Shown here in pieces: positions 1 to 12,315 of a DNA stretch of 64,000 bases (position 1 is the first letter of the stretch; each line of letters opens with the position of its first letter). The notes under the pieces are model-generated. The model saw only the letters and a list, made by a program, of their open reading frames with translations, was not told where the DNA came from and searched no databases. Both the position numbers and the translations under genes were made by a program. This stretch comes from Octopus vulgaris (taxonomy: Eukaryota), in NCBI GenBank assembly GCA_951406725.2, contig OX597838.1, positions 32,302,001 to 32,366,000 on the forward strand, read 5' to 3'.

Positions 1-165
1 CATTGCCCACACACACACTCACGCAATGAAATGTTTGATTTTTTTTTTTGTTCACCGTGGAACTTCTATCATCCCACTACCATGTTTGCCATCACCCCTT
101 CGTTCCTTATTCATCTATCACCCCTTCCTTTCTCATTTGCATGCTGTGACAGAGAAATACACAAG

Positions 166-199
<34 letters not shown>

Positions 200-280
200 C
201 AGCAAGCTGGCAGAATCGTTAGAATGCTGGGCAAACTGCTTGGTGGCATTTCGTCCATCTTTCTGTTCAGAGTCGACAAA

Positions 281-765
281 ATCATGATCATTGTTTGACC
301 TTGGTCGAGACAATGGAATTTACTATGTTACGCCAGACTTCACGGTCCATCATAGCATTACAGAGGTCCTGTTGCTGGATGCCTGTATCCCTAGAGATTA
401 CATCAGGGTAGGAGTGTGTGTGCCCTCTAGTATCGCAAGCAGATGGCCTCCAGAGGAGAAGAGTAGAAATTACCTCGTTTTCAGCTCTACAACAATGTCC
501 AGCAAACTGGACTCTTCTACCTTTCACAAGAGATGATACAGGTGGTAGTTTCCCATATATTTGTACTTTGGTTGGATGATGCTTCCACGAGAGATTTTGA
601 GCCCTCATAAGGAGGCGAGTGTAAGTTCCATCCAACTGCCTCTCAAGCTTCTTTGATAATGTCCAGGTTTCTGAGCCATATAGTAGAATTGGTTCGACTG
701 TGGCTTTGAAGATTTCAAGTTTGAAGTCTCTACTTAGATTTGATGACCAGATCTTATGCATATCA
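281..765 (-). mobile_element. 5'-truncated RTE-clade LINE, ORF C-terminus plus (TGA)n tail
   Basis: ORF 288..815 contains ATVEPILLYGSETW...RLLMRAQNLSW...VQFAGHC...AMMDREVWR, typical of an RTE ORF C-terminus. The stop runs into a TGA-like tail. Two more copies lie in the window. Confidence 0.85.
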
Positions 766-894
766 TTACAAAATAATGATATGCAAAATAAGTACCACTC
801 AAGCACTGGGGTCAATGTAATTGACTAACTCCCTCCCTTCAAAAACTGCTGGCCTTGTGCCAAAATTTGAAACCATCATCATTGGTTATTATTG

Positions 895-1450
895 AAGGTG
901 GCCAGCCGGCAGAATCGTTAGCATGCCAGGCGAAATGCTTAGCAGTATTTCGCCTGTCTTTATGTTCTGAGTTCAAATTCCGCTGAGGTCAACTTTGCCT
1001 TTCATTCTTTCAGGGTCAATAAATTAAGTACCAGTTGCATACGTAATAAATATATATATATATATATATATATAAGATTATGGCAGAATTGTTAATATGT
1101 CAGGCAAAAGCTGTCCCACTCCTTTTTTTTTTTCTGAGTGGGGAGCTTTACAATGTTCAAATTCTGCCGAGATAAAATTTGCCATTCGTTATTTTGGGGT
1201 GGCTAAATTAAGTACCAGTTAAACACTAGGGTCAATGTAATCGACTTAACCCCTTCCACCAAATTTCAGGCCTTGTGCCTATAGCAGAAAGGATTATTAT
1301 TATTATTATAGGATGTTTGTTTGTCCTTACATTCTGAGTTCAAATCCTGCCAGGGTCAACTTTGCTTTTTGTCCTTTCAGGATTGATAAAATAAGTCCTC
1401 GTTGAGCACTGGGGTCAATGCAATGAACTGACCCCTTCCTCAGACTTGCT
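895..1450 (+). mobile_element. Cluster of SINE family B copies (tRNA-derived)
   Basis: Head ggtggccagccggcagaatcgttagc, B box gagttcaaattcc, central gaggtcaactttgcctttcattctttcagggtcaataaattaagtaccag. One copy ends in a (TTA)n tail. Confidence 0.75.
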
Positions 1451-2032
1451 GAGCCTTCTACTTTAGCCTCAGGCCAACCAAAGCCTTGTGAGTGCATCTG
1501 GTATGCGGAAACAGAACGAAGCTTGTTGTGTGTGTGTGTGTGTATACACGTGCCTTTGTATCTGTCCCCCAGCACCACTTTATAACTGGTGTTGGTGTGT
1601 TTACGTCCCCATACCTTGTCAGTTCAGCAAAAGACTAAATTCCAAGCTTTAAAAAAACCTATAAGTACAGGTGGAATCGATTCGTTAGACTACAACTCAT
1701 CAAGGCACTGCTCCAGTCTAATGACCGAAACAAGTAAAAGATTAAAGACGAAGATTGAAGTAATTAAAAAAATTGTCCCACTTACCCGCATAGCCAACCC
1801 CTGCTCCTGTTCATTGACTTGTGCCGACCAGTCAGACATATTTCTACAAAAAAGTTTTTAAAAAAAATATATATGAATAGACATCAATCGCATATACTTC
1901 AGTTAGGATTGAACCTGAAATAATAACATTTAAAATGGAAAGGATTACAAACTCATAACTAAAGATGCCATACAATCAGCATTCTTCACCTGACCAGAAC
2001 TCTGTGTGTGTGTGTGTGAGTGTGTGTGTGTA

Positions 2033-2200
2033 GATGGCGCATGGCCTAGTGGTTAAGGTGTTAGACTCATGATCAAAAGATTGTGGTTTCAATTCCTAGA
2101 TCGGGTGTTGCGTTGTGTTTTTGAGCAAAACACTTCATTTCACATTGCTCCGTGATCACTTCAACACCTGACTCGTAGCACACAGTGCACCTGTTCAGAC
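2033..2200 (+). mobile_element. tRNA-derived SINE fragment (family D)
   Basis: A box tggcctagtgg and B box ggtttcaattcc, followed by the ttgagcaaaacacttcatttcac body that is also seen near 14040 and 23390. Confidence 0.6.
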
Positions 2201-2228
2201 ATTTTTTTTTTTCCAACTGGAGTAACCA

Positions 2229-2592
2229 TGTCATCATCATCATTGTTCAACCGTGGTCGAGACAATGGAATTTACTATGCTATGCCAGACCTCACAGTCC
2301 ATCATAGCATTACAGAGGTCCTGTTGCTGGATGCCTGTATCCCTGGAGATTACATCAGGGTAGGAGAGTGTGCGCCCTCTGGTATCGCGAGCAGATGGCT
2401 TCCAGAGGAGAAAAGCAGAAATTACTTCGTTTTCAGCTCTACAACAATGTCCAGCAAACTGGACTCTCCTACCTTTCACAAGAGATGATACAGGTGGTAG
2501 TTTCCCATATATTTGTACTTTGGTTGGATGACGCTTCCACGAGAGATTTTGAGCTCTCATAAGGAGGCGAGTGTAAGTTCCATCCAACTGCC
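2229..2592 (-). mobile_element. 5'-truncated RTE-clade LINE (same family as 281-765)
   Basis: RQLDGTYTRLLMRAQNLSW...VQFAGHCCRAENE...; near-identical to the first copy; (TGA)n tail. Confidence 0.85.
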
Positions 2593-2895
2593 TGTAGGGA
2601 AGGTACATAACCATGTACCTTCCCTACAGCAAGGCACACGTTCTTTGCTCATCTCCTGGGCACAAACCCACCTCCTTCAATACTACTCCGCCATCCTCAG
2701 TTGAGGGAGTCTTGTTTTGCCAGTAACTAGGTGACCTCACTGATGCTGGTGCCATGTAAAAAACACTCAGTAAAGTGGTTCACATTACGAAGGGTATCCA
2801 GCCATAGAAACCATGTCAAAACAGACAATGGAGTTTGGCGCCATCCTCTGGCTTTCCACCTCGACCCATGCTAGTATGGAAAATGGATGCTAAAC

Positions 2896-3113
2896 AATCC
2901 TTTCTACTAAAGGCACAAGGCCTGGATTTTTGTAGGGAGGGGGCCAGTCGATTAGATCGACCCCAGTGCGTAACTGGTACTTAATTTATCGACCCCGAAA
3001 GGATGAAAGGCAAAATCGACCTCGGTGGAATTTGAAGTCAGAATATAGCGACAGGTGAAATACCACTAAGCATTTTGTCTAGTGTGCTAACGATTCTGCC
3101 AGGTTGCCACCTT
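2896..3113 (-). mobile_element. SINE family B
   Basis: Reverse complement of the family B head, B box and central domain, with the ggccttgtgcct tail variant. Confidence 0.75.
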
Positions 3114-3368
3114 CAAATAGATGTTGAATAATGATGCCGTCATCACTATCGTACAAGTAATGTCATTGATTTACAAAATTCTGCCTTTCATCCCTTTGAG
3201 AGTGAAAAAATAAAGTACTGGTTGTGTACTGGGTTCAATGTACCAACTTTCCTACCCCTAAAATTGCCGACCCTGTGACAAAATTACAAAACATACTAGC
3301 AACAAAAGAAATTTCGCAAAAAGAAAGCAAGAAAAAAAAAAAAAAAAGAACTGATGGAGCAAAATAAA

Positions 3369-3787
3369 TGCCTATTTCTTTACTACCCACAAGGGGCTAA
3401 ACACAGAGGGGACAAACAAGGACAGACATAGGTATTAAGTCGAATACATCGACCCCAGTGCGTAACTGGTACTTAATTTATCGACCCTGAAAGGATGAAA
3501 GGCAAAGTAGACCTCGGCGGAATTCGAACTCACAACGTAACGCAGACGAAATACCTATTTCTTTACTACCCACAAGGGGCTAAACACAGAAGGGACAAAC
3601 AAGGACAGACACACAGATTAAGTCGATTACATCGACCCCAGTGCGTAACTGGTACTTAATTTATCGACTCCGAAAGGATGAAAGGCAAAGTCGACCTCGG
3701 CGGAATTTGAACTCAGAACGTAACGCAGACGAAATACCGCTAAGCATTTCGCCTGCCGTGCTAACGACTCTGCCAGCTCACCGCCTT
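3369..3787 (-). mobile_element. SINE family B, tandem-dimer form
   Basis: Two ~185 bp units joined at gacgaaatacctatttcttt, with a single tRNA-like head at the right end. Confidence 0.8.
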
Positions 3788-4042
3788 ATAAATAAATACC
3801 AGTTGACTTTCATGAAAGACAATGCTGCTTACACCTCATGATCATCATAATAATAATAATAATAAATTCTTTTATCATCATAATAATAATAATAATAGTA
3901 ATAATAACTTTAAAATTCTTTTGAAGGAAACAAGCAGTCAAGGGATGCTAGTTGCAGAGAGATTTTTCACAAAAAAAAAGTTTGGTAATAAAGGAATTAA
4001 TTATTAAACTAAAAACTTGGTTTTGTACTTTATTTATTTTTT

Positions 4043-4428
4043 ACTCTTTTACTTGTTTCAGTCATTTGACTGTGGCCATGCAGAGGCACCGCCTTTAGTC
4101 AAGCAAATCGACCCCAGGACTTATTCTTTGTACACCTAGTGCTTATTTTATCAGTCTTTTTTGCCGAACCGCTAAGTTATGAGGACGTAAACACATCAGC
4201 ATCAATTGTTAAGCGATGTTGGGGGGGACAAACACAGACACAAACATACACACACATACATATATATGACAGGCTTCTTTCAGTTTCCGTCTACCAAATC
4301 CACTCACAAGGCTTTGGTCGGCCCGAGGCTATAGTAGAAGACACTTGCCCAAGGTGCCACGCAGTGGGCCTGAACCAGGAACCATGTGGTTGGTAAGCAA
4401 ACTACTTACCACACAGCCACTCCTATGC
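4043..4428 (-). mobile_element. SINE family A (tRNA-derived, internal microsatellite)
   Basis: Reverse complement of ggagtggctgtgtggtaag...ccttgggcaagtgtcttc...(TG/TA)n...gactgaaacaagtaaaagag; more than 12 copies in the window. Confidence 0.85.
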
Positions 4429-4554
4429 ATATTTATATATAAAATACTACAATTAGCCATCATTTTTGATGGTATGGGCCAGCTAACGTTTATATATTTT
4501 CCAGACCTTTGAAGGTGCTCCAACTTAGCTTTGGCCATGATGGCTAAATAGCAG

Positions 4555-4990
4555 TTTCAAATTCTGGCACAAGGCCAGCAATTTTACAGGGCGGGAGGGA
4601 GGAGATAGTCAGTTACAGTGACCTCAGAACTTGACTAGTTCTTTATTTTTACAAACCCCGAAAGGACAAAAGGTAAAGTAGGATTTGAACTCAGAACGAA
4701 GCAAGCCAGAAATGCCACTAAGCATTTTGTCCCAGGTGCTAACAATTCTACCAGCTCACTGCCTTATGATGGCTAAAAACTTCTTTCTACTATAGAGGTG
4801 AGGGCTGAAATTTGCAGGGAGGCAACCTGTCAGTTACACCGATCCCTGCATTCAACAGGTACTTTATTTTATTGACCCTGAAAGGATGACAGGCAAAAAT
4901 TAACCCCAGTGAGATTTGAACTCAGAACTTAGCTCACTGAAATAAATGCCATTAAACATTTAGTCCAATGTGCTAATGGTTTTACGAGCT
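4555..4990 (-). mobile_element. Two diverged SINE family B copies
   Basis: Repeated ccccgaaagga...atttgaactcagaac...tgctaa motifs. Confidence 0.65.
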
Positions 4991-5642
4991 TGCTATCATC
5001 ATTATCATTGGTTAATGTTTGCTTTCCATGCTGGCATGGGTTGGACGGTTTGACAGGGGATGGCCAGCTGGAGAGCTGTCAAAGTTGGATGTCTTCCAAA
5101 CACCAACCACTTTACAAGTGTGCCGGGTGCTCTCATGTGACACCAGCACAGGGACATTTCATGTGGCACCGGCACAAGTGTGTTTTACGTGGCACTGGCA
5201 CGAGTGTGTTTCACGTGGCACCATCACCCACAACCCAACAGCAACATGTGATGGCACACACACCGTATCAAATACTAAAAGCAATACCTGGTAAGTGGCC
5301 ATTTAACGAGGTTTTTTATGATTCACAGAAGAACAAAGCGCTTGAACTTGTTTACATATAATTAGTGTCGTTAAGTGTAATTAGTAGGAATTACTAAGAC
5401 TGACAGAGTTAGAGACAAACTAGACAGAGGACAGAGGAGAATGTAAATAAAGAGAAAGCGAAATCTCAAGTTGTTACTGAGGAAGAAGTTATGTGATGAG
5501 TGGAGTGTAGGTCAGTATAGTGAGTGGAACTTGTCAAGCAGTCAATGAGTGGAGTATGGGTTTAAGTAGTGAGTGGAACTTGTAAAACTGTAAAAGAGTT
5601 GAGTGGAGTATCTGTAAATGTGTGCGTGTATACATGTATGTA

Positions 5643-5676
<34 letters not shown>

Positions 5677-5694
5677 CATATATATATATAATGT

Positions 5695-6242
5695 CTGTCA
5701 GGTCACTTTCGAGTAGTAACATGTAACCCAGTACAACCTGTTGCATGGTCGGGTCGTCGGCGACTAAATCGACAACCCCACCAAGCTTGCTTGGTGAGGA
5801 GGGGGTTTATTGGACACCCTGCGGGATGAAAAACAAAACCCGTCAAAGGGCGGAGGAACTCTTGAGAGTCAACGGCCATCCAATAAATGTCTTAAGGCTG
5901 TATCATGCGCGGGGACATAGAAATAATCGGACTGAATACCTGATCACGCGGTTAAACCATTGGGAGTGAAGGACTCCTAGCCTTTGATAGGGCATCCTTC
6001 TAGGAGAAGGTAACTCAGTTAACTGGGATAACTCCGACATAAAACCTGCGGCTCAGTGGTTACCGATGATGTTGACTTGTTCATCTTTTCGGATTATGGC
6101 TGCTGTTGCTTAGTGAGTGAGACTGACTCAGTGCACAGCCTTTCCTCACTTTAAAAAAACATCTTCTTGCACAGGCATTGCATGATAACAACATTGATTA
6201 AGCTTCGTGCAATGGCCATACTCGATAACGAGGGGGCAACCA

Positions 6243-6245
<3 letters not shown>
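5695..6245 (+). mobile_element. Non-autonomous RTE-derived element sharing its 3' end with the LINE at 45566-46118
   Basis: 6198-6242 is identical (45 bp) to 46071-46115. It contains gggcatccttctaggagaaggtaactc, which resembles an RTE 5' region motif. Flanked by (TA)n. Confidence 0.65.
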
Positions 6246-6286
<41 letters not shown>

Positions 6287-6944
6287 TGGGTTCACTTTGC
6301 TAATTATAAATATTTTATTGAATGCATATCCAAGACAATTACAATGAATATGGAGACTAGTACAAAAGGTTTTTAGTCGAACAAATCAACCCCAGGACCT
6401 ATTGTTTGTAAGCCCAGAACTTATTTTATTGTTCTCTTTCCTTTTGTCAAACTGGGAAGTAATAGGGATGTAAACACCAACATCGGTTGTCAAGCAATGG
6501 CAGTAGGGACAAACTATATATAAATACACACACACACACACACATACATATATATATATCTTTTACTTGTTTCTGTCATTTGACTGCGGCCATGCTGGAG
6601 CACCACCTTTAGTCGAGCAAATCAACACCAGGACTTATTCTTTGTAAGCCTATTACTTATTCTATCGGTCTCTTTTATTCCATTGCAAAAAAAAAAGAAG
6701 AAATTTTTATTGCAATTCAGTGCATTTCAATGCCGGCATTGTTTGAACTATTGGACAGGAGTTGGCAAGTCATGAGACTGCGCCAAGTTCTAGAGCCTGC
6801 TTTCGCATGGCTTCTACAACTAGATGCCCTTCCTAACGCATATATATATAGAGAGAGAGAGGCAATGATGAAAGACCGAGATCTCTGGAGATATGCTGTG
6901 ACTGCAAAGACACGGGCTGCTTCCTGCACCAGTTTCACATAGCC

Positions 6945-7478
6945 CCAGCCCATTCAAAGTACCTTGGATTTCAGAACGACCTGCTGTGCTTGAGGAGACC
7001 TATTGAGTCAACTACATGAACATCGAAATAAATATCAAATGGAAATTGTAGCTGCGATACCTGTGCCGGCGGCATGTAAAAAGCACCATCCGAACGTGGC
7101 CGATGCAATTGCCACCTCGACTGGCTTCTGTGCCGGTGGCACATGACCTGCTGTGCTTGAGGAGACCTATTGAGTCAAGTACATCAACATCAAAATAAAT
7201 ATCAAATGGAAATTGTAGTTGTGATATCTGTGCCAGTGGCACTTAAAAAGCACCAACCAATCGTGGCTGCTGCCAGCCTCCCTTGGCACCTGTGCCGGTG
7301 GCACGTAAAAAAGCACCCACTACACTTACGGAGTGGTTGGCAGTAGGAAGGGCATCCAGCTGTAGAAACACTGCCAGATCAGATTGGAGCCTGGTGCAGC
7401 CTCCTGACTTCCCAGACCCCGGTCGAACTGTCCAACCCATGCTAGCACAGAAAACAGACATTAAACAATGATGATGAT
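6945..7478 (+). mobile_element. SINE-like family C with internal minisatellite and (TGA)n tail
   Basis: gtggcacgtaaaaagcacccactacac...aggaagggcatccagctgtagaaac...gtccaacccatgctagc...(atg)n. Confidence 0.75.
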
Positions 7479-7619
7479 ATATATATAAGAGATAATGGTG
7501 TCATTGAGACCAAAAGGTGTCAGGTAATGCTGAATAAGTGCTATAGACTGACCATAGTCAAGTTCCAGATTTGGTAATATTGCAAATAAAGAGTTCAACA
7601 TTGATTCTATGTCAACGTG

Positions 7620-7762
7620 TATATATAAGAATTTTTTGTGTAATAAGATAAAAAAAACCAAGGATGTATAGATATTATATTAATTTATATTAATTTAAAT
7701 GCTCTAATATCTATACAGCCTTGGTTTTTTTTTTATCTTATTACACAAAAAATTCTTATATA
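7620..7762. repeat. Fold-back inverted repeat (~57 bp arms, ~27 bp spacer)
   Basis: tatatataagaattttttgtgtaataagataaaaaaaaccaaggatgtatagatatta, then its near-perfect reverse complement from 7705. Confidence 0.8.
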
Positions 7763-8319
7763 TATATACACACACACACACACATACATACATACACATA
7801 TATAGTGTGTGTTCCATGATGGTAAGATCAACAAAAAAAGTACACCATCTGGTAAGAGATAAATATCATTTAATCAACACAATATAAGTATTTATATGTT
7901 ATTATTAGTTTCATGTGTCGAGAGCATGCCAAACAGTATTTTTTAACACATCTGGTGTCCTAGCACAATCATCAGACACTACCCACATGGCATATATAAT
8001 ATCCTAATGCATATATCATATACATTTCGATGCATGTATATAATGTAAATCCCAATGTGCACATATATTTCAACGTGTGTGTGTGTATAAATAAATAAAT
8101 TACACACACACACACACATATATATATATTATAAATATATAAGATGTGAAAAAAGTGTGATGGCTACGAGTGGAAAGTTTCGTATCAGAACTTGCAAGAT
8201 CAAGATTGACATGGGATTAAATAACAATAACAGCATCAATAGTTAACTTTTTGATTTACGTGCAAGGTGTATATCGATGTAAATAAAAAGACATCACATG
8301 AATATATTATATGCATTAC

Positions 8320-8970
8320 GTGTCCTGTGCCGGTGGCACGTAAAAAGCACCCACTACACTCACGGAGTGGTTAGCATTAGGAAGGGCATCCAGCTGTAGA
8401 AACATTGCCAGATAAGACTGGAGCCTGGTGCAGCCTTCTGGCTTCCCAGATCCCCGGTCGAACCGTCCAACCCATGCTAGCATGGAGAACGGACGTTAAA
8501 CGATGATGATGACGTGAGCATGAAGATAGATAGACGGATAGACAGACAGATAGCTAGATAGACAGATAGATAGACGGATAGATAGACAGATAGACGGATA
8601 GATAGACAGATAGACGGATAGATAGATAGATAGACAGACAGGCAGATAGATAGATAGTGGCTTCCATGCCGGTGGCACGTGAAAAAACATTAAAGCGAGG
8701 TCGTTGCCAGTGCCGCTGGACTGGCTCCTGTGCAGGTAGCATATAAAAGACACCATTTGAGCATGGCTGTTGCCAGTACCGCCTGACTGGCCCTCGCACA
8801 GGTGGCACGTAAAAGTACCCACTACACTCTCGGAGTGGTTGGCGTAAGGAAGGGCATCCAGCGGTAGAAACTCTGCCAGATCAGATTGGAGCCTGGTGCA
8901 AGCCATCTGGTTCGCCAGTCCTCAGTCAAATTCCATGCTAGCATGGAAAGCAGACGTTAAACGATGATGA
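8320..8970 (+). mobile_element. Two family C copies separated by (GATA/GACA)n
   Basis: Family C 3' motifs and (TGA)n tails ending near 8512 and 8970. Confidence 0.75.
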
Positions 8971-8980
8971 TAGATAGATA

Positions 8981-9360
8981 GGCGTAGGAGTGGCTGCGTG
9001 GTAAGTAGCTTGCTTACGAACCACATGGTTCCGGGTTCAGTCCCACTGCGTGGCACCTTGGGCAAGTGTCTTGTGCTATAGCCTCGGGCTGACCAAAGCC
9101 TTGTGAGTGGATTTGGTAGACGGAAACTGAAAGAAGCCCGTCGTGTGTATATGTATGTATGGGTGTGTGTGTGTTTGTCTCCCCAACATCGCTTGACAAC
9201 CGATGCTTGTGTGTTTACGTCCCCGTAACTTAGCGGTTCGGCAAAAGAGACCGATAGAATAAGTACTAGGCTTACAAAGAATAAGTCCTGGGGGTCGATT
9301 TGCTCGACTAAAGGCGGTGCTCCAGCATGGCCATAGTCAAATGACTGAAACAAGTAAGAG
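8981..9360 (+). mobile_element. SINE family A, full length
   Basis: ggcgtaggagtggctgcgtgg head through the gactgaaacaagtaagag tail. Confidence 0.85.
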
Positions 9361-9967
9361 TGTATATATATATTGTGCGAGTATATATAAGGATTTACAA
9401 CTGCATCACATTCATAGAGTGTGGACATGACGAGAGAAGAAAGCGTCTATAATGACTAAATTATCAATTAATATAACTAAAGATGCTATTTCTTTTTTTT
9501 ATATATAAATATTAGAGTAGCAAACACGTTTTTCCAGTAAGATCAGTCACTAATTATGTCCGCATGAATGTATGTATATTTGTACGTACGTATATGTATG
9601 GTTATAAATATGCTTGTGTATGTATGTATGTATATACCAAGTTGTTTACGAATGTGTTTATACTGAAATATACATTTGCGTATAAACACGTGTATACATA
9701 CACATGCGTATATGATATAGGATATACGTATTAAGTTACAGATTTTGTATATATATATATATCCCAAGTTGTTTACAAATTTGAATCTGTGTGTTGTGTG
9801 TATGAACATGTAACCACATACATATACGTATATGCTACACAAGACATTATACGCACTAAGTTACAGGCTATACAAACATATACATACACACACGTTCGTA
9901 TAAAAATAAACACGCATGCATGAAGTATACACACATAAATACACGAAATTACAGGTTTTATAATATA

Positions 9968-9999
<32 letters not shown>

Positions 10000-10022
10000 A
10001 TTTAATAAATAAAATATATGCA

Positions 10023-10067
<45 letters not shown>

Positions 10068-10353
10068 AGAGTTTACGAAAAAAAAGAAGACAGGTGGTGT
10101 ACAAAACAAACAGATGTATTAGTATAACGCTCAGTATATTAGTATATATTAGTATAACGCTCAGTATATTAGTATATATTAGTATAACAACTTATGATAT
10201 ATATATATATATATATCATAGGTTGTTGATTACAAATGTCCGTCTGTATTTAAATATACATACGTGTGCATAAGCATATAAATACTCATGTATACATACA
10301 TAAAACATTATACGCACTAAGTTACAGATCATATATATATATGCATAAAAGAC

Positions 10354-10385
<32 letters not shown>

Positions 10386-10763
10386 AATTCACTTGTGATT
10401 TATTATTACAAAGCATAGCTTCGTCGTTTAAAAGCCCATCTAGTTCTACACACTTCACACGTGGTGGCCATCCTTCCTGAATAGTACCACACTTATACAC
10501 ACACACACACACATACACACCACACTTTTATATACACAGAAAAATGTCCTAGTTTCTTCTCCCATCAAAAAATCACTTACAGCTATTAATTTCTCACAAT
10601 GACTAACATTCCTGCCGCCTAAAATGTTGAATGTTTGTGTAGAAAAAATATAATAATGAATGATGATGATAATAATAATAATCACCTTAGCTCTGTGTTG
10701 TGCTGTAAAAGAAACTGACACACACCACGCCGGTCGAAGGAGGAAGAGGAAGGGGGCGGAGCC

Positions 10764-10796
<33 letters not shown>

Positions 10797-10944
10797 TAAG
10801 TGTCAAGCCCTAAAAATATTTAGGGGGTGGAAAAAATAATTGAAATATTAAATATAAATATATATATATATGAATATTATAATATTAAAATAAATAATAA
10901 TGATTTATTATATTGACAATAACGGGCCCGAGACGTTAATGGCA

Positions 10945-11500
10945 TATACATGCATATAATATACATATATATATATACATATAATATGCATATAATATAC
11001 ATATAATATGCATATATATATATATATATATACATACATATAATATACATATATATACATTCATATAATATACATATATATACATTCATACATACATACA
11101 TATAATATACATATATATACATTCATATAATATGCATATATATATATACATACATATAATATGCATATATATATACATACATATAATATGCATATATATA
11201 TACATACATATAATATGCATATATATATACATACATATAATATGCATATATATACATACATATAATATACATATATACATACATTTAATATACATATATA
11301 TATACATATAATATACATACATACATACATATAATATACATATATATACATATAATATACATACATACATATAATATACATACATATACATATAATATAC
11401 ATACATACATATAATATACATACATACATATAATATACATATATATACATATAATATACATATATATATACATACATATAATATACATACATATTTATAT
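10945..11500. repeat. AT-rich minisatellite (~25-27 bp, atataatatgcatatatatatacatac)
   Basis: Visible tandem units derived from (TA)n/(TACA)n. Confidence 0.85.
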
Positions 11501-12315
11501 GCATGCATGTGTGTATGTATGGACAGGGGCCTTCAAGCAATCAAAATTGTCGGGGACGGGACGAAATGAACAAGAAAATATTGGTGAAATTAATAATAAT
11601 CAAGAAATAACGGCCAATTAGTGAACGACAGTAATTAAATGACAAGGAAAATGTTTATATTGAGTTGTGTTGTTATACAACAACAACAATAAAAAATAAT
11701 GTAACTGCAAACATACCTTAAACTAAAAAACTTTAACTTAAGGAAAGATTAAATCTAAATATTTATTAATAATATTAATTAATTAATAATTTAATAATAA
11801 CGAAGTAAAAAAAATGTTTTGTGAGTTTATCTTATATTTTCGTATGATGCTGATGATGATAATTAATAATAATAATGACAATAAAGATCAAGCAAAAATA
11901 AAATTAAATAAAACACTGAAGTTAAATAAACAAAAATTAATTATAATTAAGGATGCGAAAGAATGTTTATTTGTAAATTTGTGCAAGTTTTTGTTTTTAT
12001 TCTTCTTTGCACCGGAAGTTTATTCAATAATAGAGAAGATATACAGAAGCAGGCCTCAACATTCATACACTAAACCCAAACCCAAACAAAGAAAATGTGT
12101 GAGACATCTTTCACATTTTCTTTGATATTTAAAACAAAAAAACTTTTATTTCTGAAACTAAATTGACTCGTTGGAAATATAATAGTAATAAATTATAGGA
12201 AATATAGATGTTTTCATTAAAGAATCTGTGTATATTAATTTTGAGTGCAAATTTGGCGCCTTGAGGTTTCCTAAGTGAATAATATATATATATACATACA
12301 TACATACATACACAT

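Noticed and set aside
11061-11540. ORFs rich in Y/I/C/M/V (also near 31 kb, 36-37 kb and 57-59 kb)
   Set aside because: Translations of (TA)n/(TG)n/(TACA)n repeats.
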